The position numbers and the translations under genes are program-made. The notes beneath the pieces were generated by a model that had not been told where the DNA came from, ran no database searches, and was given only the letters and a program-made list of their open reading frames with translations. Below are positions 56,221 to 64,000 of a DNA stretch of 64,000 nt, in pieces. The stretch lies in assembly GCA_050916045.1 (NCBI GenBank), contig CP051526.1, forward strand, positions 1,600,001 through 1,664,000, in the 5' to 3' direction. This DNA comes from Tepidisphaera sp. (GTDB lineage Bacteria; Planctomycetota; Phycisphaerae; Phycisphaerales; UBA1924). Positions within the stretch are counted from its first letter, which is position 1; each line of letters starts with the position of its first letter.

Positions 56221-57917
56221 GCGTGCCTCCCCGCGCGGGCCTGCTGCCTGATCGCGATGAGCTCCTTCATGAGGCCCCCCAGAGGGATTGGAGCCCCGCG
56301 GCCGCCGAAAGCGTCGTGAAGCTGCCCGTACAGGGCATACAGACGGCGATAGACGGCGGAGGCTTGCGAGCGGGGCTCGTAGGTCGTGGCCGGAACGGCG
56401 CACATGGCACGCTGAGCGTGCGCGACCGAAGCGTGGGCCCCGCCGACGACGGCTCCGAAGATCGCGGCGCCGAGGGCGCACGTCTGCGGTGAGCGGCTGA
56501 CCTTGATGGGGCGGCCGGTGATGTCGGCGTAGATCTGCATGGCGAGGGGGTTCTTCAGAGCGATGCCGCCGCACGCGACGATCTCCTCGACCGCGACACC
56601 GAAACGCTCGATGCGGTCGATGATGGTGAGGGCTCCGAAAGCGGTCGCTTCGATGAAGGCGCGGTAGAGCTCGGCGGGCGTGGTCGCGAGCGTCTCGCCG
56701 ATGACCAGACCGGTGAGGAGCGGGTCGACGAGGATCGTGCGGTTGCCGTTGTGCCAGTCGAGGGCGACCAGGCCGCTTTCGCCGGGCGCGAGAGCGGCGG
56801 CGGCGGACGAAAGGGCTTCGTGGGCCAGTTCCGCAGAAGCATGCTTGCCGGGAGCGATGCGCTGGACGAACCAGTTGAAGATGTCGCCGACGGCGGACTG
56901 GCCCGCTTCGATGCCGTACATGCCCGGGAGGACGCTCTCGGGGACGATGCCGCAGACGCCGGGGATGTCGGCGAGGGGCTTGTCAAGCGGCCAGACCATG
57001 CAGTCGCAGGTGCTTGTACCGATGATCTTGACGAGGGTGCCGGGCTTGATGCCCGCGCCGACGGCTCCCATGTGGGCGTCGAACGCACCGACGGCGACGG
57101 CGGTTCCAGGCCGAAGGCCGACGCGATCGGCCCAAGCCTGCGTGAGGCCGCCCGCTTTGCGGTCGGAGGGGACGGCGATCGGAGCGGAGCGGTCGCGGAA
57201 GCGGCTGAGGCCGGGATGAACCTGTTCGAGGAAAGAGGCAGCGGGGAGCCCGCCCCACGACGCGTGGTACATGGCTTTGTGACCGGCGGCGCAGACGCTC
57301 CGGCTCATGGTGTGCGGGTCGCACGCTCCGGTGACGGCGCCGACGACGTAGTCGCAAAGCTCAACCCAGGAGTAGGTCGCGGCCGCGACGCGCGGAGCCG
57401 CTTTCTCGCAGCGAGCGGCTTTCGCCCAGTACCACTCGGAGGAATAGGTGCCGCCGCACTTGGCGAGGTAGGGGAGGTTGGCGGCGGCGGCGAGACGCGT
57501 GATGTCCGCGGCTTCCTGATGGGCGGTATGGTCCTTCCAAAGCCAGGCCATCGCGTCGGGATCGGCCGCGAACTCATCGTGCAGAGCAAGCGCCGTGCCC
57601 GCACGATCGACGGGGATGGGCGTGGATCCGGTGGTGTCCACGCCGAGGCCCACCACGCGGTCCGGGTGAAAGCCGGGCTTTGTGCTGGCGAGGCGAACCG
57701 CTTCGGCGACGGAACGCTCGAACCCGTCCAGGTAGTCGCGCGGATGCTGACGCGCAAGGTTCGGGTCCTTGTCGCTGAGCACAACACCCTCGGTGCCGTG
57801 TTTGTACGCGAACGTGGAGGTCGCGATCTCCTCGCCGCTTCCGGTATCGACGACGATCGCACGGACGGAGTTCGTGCCGTAATCCACGCCGATCGCGAAG
57901 GTGCTGCTGTTGGTCAT
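56217..57917 (-). CDS. araB: Ribulokinase
   Basis: GVDYGTNSVRA, DTTGSTP, LWKDHTA, YSSEWYWAK, AAGHKAM, LDWHNGNRT. Confidence 0.93.
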   Translation of the reverse strand: MTNSSTFAIGVDYGTNSVRAIVVDTGSGEEIATSTFAYKHGTEGVVLSDKDPNLARQHPRDYLDGFERSVAEAVRLASTKPGFHPDRVVGLGVDTTGSTPIPVDRAGTALALHDEFAADPDAMAWLWKDHTAHQEAADITRLAAAANLPYLAKCGGTYSSEWYWAKAARCEKAAPRVAAATYSWVELCDYVVGAVTGACDPHTMSRSVCAAGHKAMYHASWGGLPAASFLEQVHPGLSRFRDRSAPIAVPSDRKAGGLTQAWADRVGLRPGTAVAVGAFDAHMGAVGAGIKPGTLVKIIGTSTCDCMVWPLDKPLADIPGVCGIVPESVLPGMYGIEAGQSAVGDIFNWFVQRIAPGKHASAELAHEALSSAAAALAPGESGLVALDWHNGNRTILVDPLLTGLVIGETLATTPAELYRAFIEATAFGALTIIDRIERFGVAVEEIVACGGIALKNPLAMQIYADITGRPIKVSRSPQTCALGAAIFGAVVGGAHASVAHAQRAMCAVPATTYEPRSQASAVYRRLYALYGQLHDAFGGRGAPIPLGGLMKELIAIRQQARAGRHA

Positions 57918-59146
57918 GAGCGCGGGGCTTTCCTCGATGAGCGGCGGTGGGGCCGTGGTGTCAAAGCAGACTCGGCGTCGGGTTCGACCAGTTCGGGTTC
58001 CGGCAGAAGGAACCGATCGGCCGCCGCCGCGACCAAGCCTACCGCGCGGCGGCGGGGTGCGACGTGGCACGTCAGGCGGCCCAGGCGGCTGATGAGCGAG
58101 TGGAGCGAAATACGGTGCTCAAAGAGCGGCCCGATCTCCGCATGCAGGTCGGGCAGGTCCCCCGTGAGGACCACGTCCTGTGTTCCCACAAGGTTGATCG
58201 CGCCGGCGATCACGACCGCCGCGGCATCGATCGATCGGGCAAGCCACGGCTCGATGCCCTTGGCCGCCACGTGCTCCTGCACCATCTCCCACGTCGCGGC
58301 CCGAACCTTGCATCGCTCGCGGAACGATGCGATCAGTCCTTGGCGTGACACAAGCGTCTCGACGCAGCCGACCGAACCGCACACACACGCCCGGTGGTTG
58401 CCGTGCACGCCCGTATGGCCCAGTTCGCCCGACATCGGAAGGGTGCCCTGAAACAACTGGCCGCCCGCGACCAAAGCTCCGCCGACGCCGTCGCCGAAGT
58501 CCACCAGCACGAACGACTCGGGAACAGGCCGCCCCGCTCCGCTCCCAGCCTGGTGGCCGAGCGCAAGAGCCTGGATCTCCTGCACGGCGCAGACCTTGGC
58601 GTGGAACACCTCGCCCAGACGCGGAAGGAACCGGTGCTCCTCGATCAGCGGCAGGTTGGGGGAGCAGAGCACCCGGTCGGCGCCGGCGTCGAGCACGCCC
58701 GGCACGCTGACCAGCACGAATTCGGTCCGAGGAGCCTCAAGCTTGACGCGGGCCCCATCGAGGCGGGAAAGGAGGGTTTCCGACGTTCGGGGCGTCGAGA
58801 ATTCCGTGCGGCGGGCGGCTTTCGTGAGGTCCAGAGGCTGAACCATCACGGTGGTCGTTCGCACGCCCAGTTCGACCATGGTGAGCTCACGCCCGGACGA
58901 GAGCGCGAGATTCCGTGGCGGCCGGCCCATCACCGGACGCGGGCCTGGCTCGACGGCCGATTCGATCTCTTCGATCAGCCCCTCCCGGACCAGATCGTCG
59001 CAGACCTTTCCCGCCGTCATCGGCGAGAGGCCGGTGGCACGGGCCAGGTCCGCCCGGGACATCCCGCCGTGGGTCAGGAGCAGGCGGAAGACCCTCCGCC
59101 TGTTCGCCGCCCGGAGTTGTGAGGGGTGCGCGTACATTGAAAGCAT
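57914..59146 (-). CDS. ROK-family transcriptional regulator (alternative start ATG 59137)
   Basis: SRADLARATGLSPMT HTH, GRPP, GVGG, GELGH, CVCGSVGCVE. Confidence 0.92.
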   Translation of the reverse strand: MLSMYAHPSQLRAANRRRVFRLLLTHGGMSRADLARATGLSPMTAGKVCDDLVREGLIEEIESAVEPGPRPVMGRPPRNLALSSGRELTMVELGVRTTTVMVQPLDLTKAARRTEFSTPRTSETLLSRLDGARVKLEAPRTEFVLVSVPGVLDAGADRVLCSPNLPLIEEHRFLPRLGEVFHAKVCAVQEIQALALGHQAGSGAGRPVPESFVLVDFGDGVGGALVAGGQLFQGTLPMSGELGHTGVHGNHRACVCGSVGCVETLVSRQGLIASFRERCKVRAATWEMVQEHVAAKGIEPWLARSIDAAAVVIAGAINLVGTQDVVLTGDLPDLHAEIGPLFEHRISLHSLISRLGRLTCHVAPRRRAVGLVAAAADRFLLPEPELVEPDAESALTPRPHRRSSRKAPRS

Positions 59147-59157
59147 AGTATACTATG
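59144..59157. promoter_or_regulatory. Perfect 14-bp palindrome, candidate operator and bidirectional -10 element
   Basis: CATAGTATACTATG is its own reverse complement and contains TATACT on both strands; lies between divergent genes. Confidence 0.65.
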
Positions 59158-59196
59158 TATCGCCCTCCCCCGCGGAGGTCCCATTCTGGAGAAGCC

Positions 59197-62100
59197 ATGG
59201 GTCGAATCCTCACCACGCTCGCCGCCCTCCTCTGTCTGCTCTCTCAGCTTTCGGCGGTCAGCTCGGCCTGGGCCCGCCAGGACGCGCCGGCTCTGTCCAA
59301 AGCCGGGGCAAAAACCGGTCCGAAGGTCGTCCTCACCGACGAGTTCTGGGCGCCCCGCATGCGCCTCAACCGCGAGGTCACCCTTCCGCACGTCCTTGAA
59401 CAGTGCGAGAAGACCGGGCGAATCGCCAACTTTGAGGTCGCCGCGGGCAAGCGACAGGGCGGGATGACCGGCCTCTACTTCAACGACTCAGACCTGTATA
59501 AGACGATCGAGGGCGCGGCGTACATCCTCGCCGAGAAGCCCGACCCGGCTCTGGAAGCCCGTTGCGACGAGATCATCGCGATCATCGCGTCCGCTCAGGA
59601 GCCAGACGGCTACCTCTACACGCCGCGCAGGATCCTTGATCCCAAAAACATGCCTCCGGGCGGCAAGGAACGCTGGTCGGACATGGGCGCCGGCCACGAG
59701 CTTTACTGCGTCGGCCACCTCTACGAAGCCGCTGTCGCGTACGCGAACGCCACCGGCAAACGCAAGCTCATGGAGGTCGCGATCAAGAACGCCGACCTCG
59801 TCGCTTCCGTCTTCGGCCCGGGCAGGAACCCGCACCCGTGCGGGCACCCGGAGGTTGAGATCGGCCTGGCCAAGCTTTACGACGCGACGGGCAACCGCAA
59901 GTACCTCGACCTTCTCGAATTCTTCATCCTGACCCGCGGGAAAGCCGAGGGACGCCCGCTCTACGGCGAGTACGCCCAGGACCACCTCCCCGTCCTCGAA
60001 CAGAGCAAAGCCGTCGGCCACGCCGTCCGACTCGCGTACCTCTTCTCCGGCGTCGTCGATCTCGGCATGCGCACCGGCAAGCCCGAATACACCAAAGCCG
60101 CTGCCCGCGTCTGGGACGACATCGTCGCCAGCAAAATGTATATCACCGGCGGGATCGGAAGCCAGGGGAACAACGAGGGCTTCGGCGAAGCCTTCGATCT
60201 TCCCAACTCCAGCGCGTACAACGAAACGTGCGCATCCATCGCGTTCTTCCACTGGAACCAGCGGATGTTCCTTGCGACCCGCGAAGCCAAGTACATCGAC
60301 GTCGCCGAGCGCACGCTCTACAACGCGATGCTCGCGGGGTGGTCGCTTTCCGGTGAGCGGTTCTTCTACCCCAACCCGCTGGAATCGGCGCACGGCCGCT
60401 CGCGTTCGCCGTGGTTTGACTGTGCTTGCTGCCCGCCCAACGTCGTCCGGTTCATCGCGTCCCTCCCCGAGCAGGTGTACGCCTCCTTCGGTCGCGAGAT
60501 CTATGTCAACCACCTGATCTCAAGCGAGGGACGATTCACGGTCGACGGGACCGACGTCGTCATCAAGCAGGATTCGGGGCTGCCGTGGAAGGGTGATGTC
60601 GCGGTGACGGTGTCGCCCAACCGCCCGATCCGGATGGCCGTGCATGTGCGCATCCCGGGTTGGGCGACGGGGTCGCCGGTGCCGGGGTCGCTTTACTCGG
60701 ACTCGATGGCGACCAAGCCCGCGCCGGTCGTGACCGGCCCGGACGGCTCGCCGGTCGCCGTCCGCGACGGGTACGCCACGATCGACCGCGAATGGAAGCC
60801 GGGGGACACCGTGCGGTTCACGCTGTCCATGGATGTGCGCCCGATCAAAGCCGACAGCCGCGTCGCGAGCGGCCGGTCGCGCGTCGCCATGCAGCGCGGC
60901 CCGCTCGTCTATTGCTTCGAAGCCGTCGACCAGAAGGAACCGCACGTCCTCTCGATGGTGACCGATTCCGGCGCGAAGTGGGAGCCTGTCTTTGCTCCCA
61001 AGGACCTCGGCGGGGTGGTCAAGCTCAACACCAGCGTCTCGCTTGTCAAACGCGACGAGAGCGGCAAGCCCGCGATCTCGGGGACGATGCAGGCGACCGC
61101 CGTTCCGTACTACGCATGGGCCAACCGTGCCCGCGGCGCGATGTGCGTCTGGGTCGCGTCCGATCCGGAAGCGGCCAAGCCGCTGCCCGCGCCCACGATC
61201 GCCCACAACGCGAAAGCGAGCTCATCCTTCGGCGGGGAGGTCGCGGCCGTCAGCGATCAGCTTGAACCCGCGAGCTCCGGCGACCACGACAATCCGTTCC
61301 TCCACTGGTGGCCCCGCAAAGGCACGCGCGAGTGGGTGCAGTACGAGTTCGCCAAGCCGACCGTGGTGCAGGGGTGCGAGGTCTACTGGTTCGACGACAC
61401 CGGGCGTGGCGAGTGCCGCTTGCCCGCTTCGTGGCGCGTGGAAGCCATGGTCGAAGGAGCATGGCAGGAGGTAAAGAACCCCAGCGGCTACGGCGTCAAG
61501 TCTGACGTGTACAACGTGTCCACCTTCACGCCGGTCGAGACCACGGCTCTGCGGCTCAGCATTCAGTCACGCGAGGGCTGGTCCGGCGGTGTGCACGAGT
61601 GGCGTGTGAACGGCGGTCCGGCGAAGCCGGCCGCGGCGGCCGCAGCGCAGCCCGCCATCGCCAACGGCTCGTTCGAGCAAGCCGATGGGAACGCTCCCGC
61701 GGGCTGGAAGCAGTCCGTTTGGGGCGGCAAGGGTGAACTCACGCACGTTTCTTCGGGCCGCACGGGCTCGCGCTCGGTTGCCATCAGCTCCGAAGCCGGC
61801 GGTGATCTCGCGTGGTCCGTGACCGTGCCGGTGGAGTACAACTCGAAGTACAAGCTGACCGGCTGGATCAAGACCGAGAACGTCAAGACCAAAAATGGCG
61901 GTCAGGGCGCCCTCTTCAACATCCACAACATCCAGTCCGTGCGCACCAAAGCCATCACGGGCACCAGCGACTGGACCGAGGTGAGCGCCGAGTTCGAGAC
62001 CGGCTTGCAGGACCAGATCACCATCAACTGCCTCTTCGGCGGCTGGGGATTCGCGACGGGGCAAGCGTGGTTCGACGATGTTTCGCTGACGCTCATCAAG

Positions 62101-63909
62101 AAGGGTGAACTCGCTCCGCCGCTGATCTCCGTCGATGCGGCCGCGATCGGCGAACCGATCAGCCCGTACATCTACGGCCAGTTCATCGAGCACATGGGCA
62201 AGTGCATCTACGGGGGCATCTGGGCCGAGATGCTCGACGACCGCAAGTTCTTTGACGCTCCCGGCACCGGCACTTCGCCGTGGAAGCCGTTCGGCGGCGC
62301 GACCGTCTCCATGCGCACGAAGGACGCGTTCGTCGGTGTGCACACGCCGGTCGTCACGCCTTCGGGCAAAGCCGGCGGCCTGGCGCAGGAGCATCTCGCG
62401 GTCCGCAAGGGCAAGTCGTACGTCGGGTCGGTCTGGGCTTTGAGCCAGGTGACCGGCGCGACAGTGCGGGTCTCGCTGGTCTGGGGCGAGGGGGATGCCA
62501 ATCGGGCGACGTTCGTGACGCCGCCCTTGGGCGCACAGTTCTCCAAGCACGAGTTCACGCTGACGGCCGCCGGTGATTCGGATGACGCCCGGCTCGAGAT
62601 CGAGTCGGCTTCGCCGGTTGCGATCGGGACGGCGAGCCTCATGCCCTCGGACCACATCCGCGGGTTCCGGGCGGACACGCTGGCGCTGCTTCGCGAGCTT
62701 GATTCCCCCGTCTATCGCTGGCCGGGGGGCAACTTCGTCTCCGGCTACGACTGGCGCGACGGTGTGGGCGACCGCGACCGTCGTCCGCCCCGCAAGAACC
62801 CCGCGTGGCTCGGCATCGAGCACAATGACGTGGGCATCCACGAGTTCATGGACCTCTGCGACCTGCTCAAGACCGAAGCGTACATCGCGGTGAACGCGGG
62901 TTTGGGCGGCGTTGAGAACGCAGCGGCGGAGCTTGAGTATGTGAACGGCGGAGCGGAGACGCCGATGGGCAAGCTCCGGACTTCGCACGGGCGTCGTGAT
63001 CCGTGGAAGGTCAATTTCTGGGGCGTGGGCAACGAGATGTACGGGTCGTGGCAGCTTGGCAACATCCCGCTCGCGGAGTACACCAAGCGGCACAACACAT
63101 TCGTCGACGCGATGCGAAAGGTCGACCCCTCGATCACGATCATCGCGGTGGGTGCGGCGGGGGAGTGGAGCAGGACGATGCTCGCGGAATGCTCCGGGCA
63201 CATGGACCACATCTCCGAGCACGTGTATTGGCAGGACGGCGGGTCGCTTTTGTCGCACGTGCAGGCCGCGCCGCGATCTCTCGCGGAGATCGCCCGGGCG
63301 CACCGCCAGTACCGTGAAGAGCTTCCGATGCTCAGGGGACGCGAGATCCGGATCGTGCAGGACGAGTGGAACTACTGGTACGGTCCGCACGTCTTCGGCG
63401 AGCTTGGGACGCGGTATTTCATGAAGGACGCTCTGGGCTGCGCGGCGGCGCTGAACGAGTTTGGCCGCAACAGCGACCTGTTCTTCATGGCGAACTACGC
63501 CCAGACGGTGAACGTGATCGGTGCGATCAAGACGAGTAGGACCAATGCCGCGTTCGACGTCACGGGTCTGGTGCTCAAGATGTACCGGCATCACCTGGGG
63601 ACGATCCCTTGCAAGACGACGTCGAGCCCGCTTATGGATGCTCTGGCGGCGTGGAGCGCGGATCGCAAGACGCTCACGATCGCCGTGGTGAACGCGACGA
63701 CGCAGGCGATGAACGTGCCGCTTGACCTCAAGGGAGCCACGCTTGCGGGAACCGGCGTCGTCCGCTCGATCGCGGGGGATCCGATGGCGTTCAACGATCC
63801 CGACGGCGAGAAGCCGGTGTCGATCCGTGAGCGGCGCGTGGAGGGGATTTCGGGTACACTGCCGGTCGAGCCGTGCAGTGTGACGCTTTTCACGCTGGAC
63901 GTCCGCTGA
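59197..63909 (+). CDS. Secreted multimodular arabinofuranosidase: GH127 + F5/8-like + CBM4/9-like + GH51
   Basis: GH127: FNDSDLYK, HELYC, GHAVR, NEGF, YNETCAS, CACCPPN. GH51: YGQFIEH, RWPGGNF, WGVGNEMYG, DEWN, NYAQTVNV. Confidence 0.9.
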   Translation: MGRILTTLAALLCLLSQLSAVSSAWARQDAPALSKAGAKTGPKVVLTDEFWAPRMRLNREVTLPHVLEQCEKTGRIANFEVAAGKRQGGMTGLYFNDSDLYKTIEGAAYILAEKPDPALEARCDEIIAIIASAQEPDGYLYTPRRILDPKNMPPGGKERWSDMGAGHELYCVGHLYEAAVAYANATGKRKLMEVAIKNADLVASVFGPGRNPHPCGHPEVEIGLAKLYDATGNRKYLDLLEFFILTRGKAEGRPLYGEYAQDHLPVLEQSKAVGHAVRLAYLFSGVVDLGMRTGKPEYTKAAARVWDDIVASKMYITGGIGSQGNNEGFGEAFDLPNSSAYNETCASIAFFHWNQRMFLATREAKYIDVAERTLYNAMLAGWSLSGERFFYPNPLESAHGRSRSPWFDCACCPPNVVRFIASLPEQVYASFGREIYVNHLISSEGRFTVDGTDVVIKQDSGLPWKGDVAVTVSPNRPIRMAVHVRIPGWATGSPVPGSLYSDSMATKPAPVVTGPDGSPVAVRDGYATIDREWKPGDTVRFTLSMDVRPIKADSRVASGRSRVAMQRGPLVYCFEAVDQKEPHVLSMVTDSGAKWEPVFAPKDLGGVVKLNTSVSLVKRDESGKPAISGTMQATAVPYYAWANRARGAMCVWVASDPEAAKPLPAPTIAHNAKASSSFGGEVAAVSDQLEPASSGDHDNPFLHWWPRKGTREWVQYEFAKPTVVQGCEVYWFDDTGRGECRLPASWRVEAMVEGAWQEVKNPSGYGVKSDVYNVSTFTPVETTALRLSIQSREGWSGGVHEWRVNGGPAKPAAAAAAQPAIANGSFEQADGNAPAGWKQSVWGGKGELTHVSSGRTGSRSVAISSEAGGDLAWSVTVPVEYNSKYKLTGWIKTENVKTKNGGQGALFNIHNIQSVRTKAITGTSDWTEVSAEFETGLQDQITINCLFGGWGFATGQAWFDDVSLTLIKKGELAPPLISVDAAAIGEPISPYIYGQFIEHMGKCIYGGIWAEMLDDRKFFDAPGTGTSPWKPFGGATVSMRTKDAFVGVHTPVVTPSGKAGGLAQEHLAVRKGKSYVGSVWALSQVTGATVRVSLVWGEGDANRATFVTPPLGAQFSKHEFTLTAAGDSDDARLEIESASPVAIGTASLMPSDHIRGFRADTLALLRELDSPVYRWPGGNFVSGYDWRDGVGDRDRRPPRKNPAWLGIEHNDVGIHEFMDLCDLLKTEAYIAVNAGLGGVENAAAELEYVNGGAETPMGKLRTSHGRRDPWKVNFWGVGNEMYGSWQLGNIPLAEYTKRHNTFVDAMRKVDPSITIIAVGAAGEWSRTMLAECSGHMDHISEHVYWQDGGSLLSHVQAAPRSLAEIARAHRQYREELPMLRGREIRIVQDEWNYWYGPHVFGELGTRYFMKDALGCAAALNEFGRNSDLFFMANYAQTVNVIGAIKTSRTNAAFDVTGLVLKMYRHHLGTIPCKTTSSPLMDALAAWSADRKTLTIAVVNATTQAMNVPLDLKGATLAGTGVVRSIAGDPMAFNDPDGEKPVSIRERRVEGISGTLPVEPCSVTLFTLDVR

Positions 63910-63941
63910 GGTCTGATTTGCAGTCTTGTGGAGAATCCCCG

Positions 63942-64000
63942 ATGAAGTTCACATCGCGCCGCACGTTCGTCTGCCTTGCCGCTTCGCTCCTCATGTTCGT
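63942..64000 (+). CDS. Start of an exported protein, running off the window
   Basis: GGAGA SD; MKFTSRRTFVCLAASLLMF, a Tat-like signal. Confidence 0.55.
   Translation, partial: MKFTSRRTFVCLAASLLMF

Noticed and set aside
1..64000. tRNA, rRNA, riboswitch, prophage or integron
   Set aside because: No cloverleaf, rRNA-like tract, integrase or phage gene was recognised by eye; a covariance-model search was not possible

Overview
GC-rich bacterial chromosomal segment, most likely from a Planctomycetota (Phycisphaerae-like) genome. This is an inference from the C-terminal 'GC-type dockerin' proteins, a DUF1559/H-X9-DG-type prepilin and a long eukaryote-like PurB. In order, the window holds: the end of a flagellar operon (fliG-fliH-fliI-fliJ-motE-like-fliK-flgD-TIGR02530-like-flgE); a NarX/NarL-type pair whose regulator is split by an in-frame amber codon; four secreted proteins ending in paired EF-hand/dockerin-like repeats; speA; a PAS hybrid kinase; purB with a compositionally foreign internal block; an HUH/Y1 (RAYT-like) nuclease embedded in an exactly 79-bp-period repeat array; ndh, phoX, trpG/pabA, ispE, an esterase, a PfkB kinase and a PP2C phosphatase; a TetR-controlled RND pump with a divergent adaptor gene; six co-oriented unknown genes; a heavy-metal RND system flanked by His-rich proteins; and an L-arabinose locus (ROK regulator, araB, araD, fucose-isomerase-family enzyme, GH146/127, HAD) with a divergent 1570-aa GH127+GH51 fusion. 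The best candidates for something new are the RAYT/79-bp array locus with the adjacent mosaic purB, the GC-dockerin C-terminal sorting-like module, and the dual-anomer arabinofuranosidase fusion. Many genes show leaderless promoter geometry. No tRNA, rRNA or true CRISPR array was seen. All calls are from motif recognition by eye; no database searches were run.
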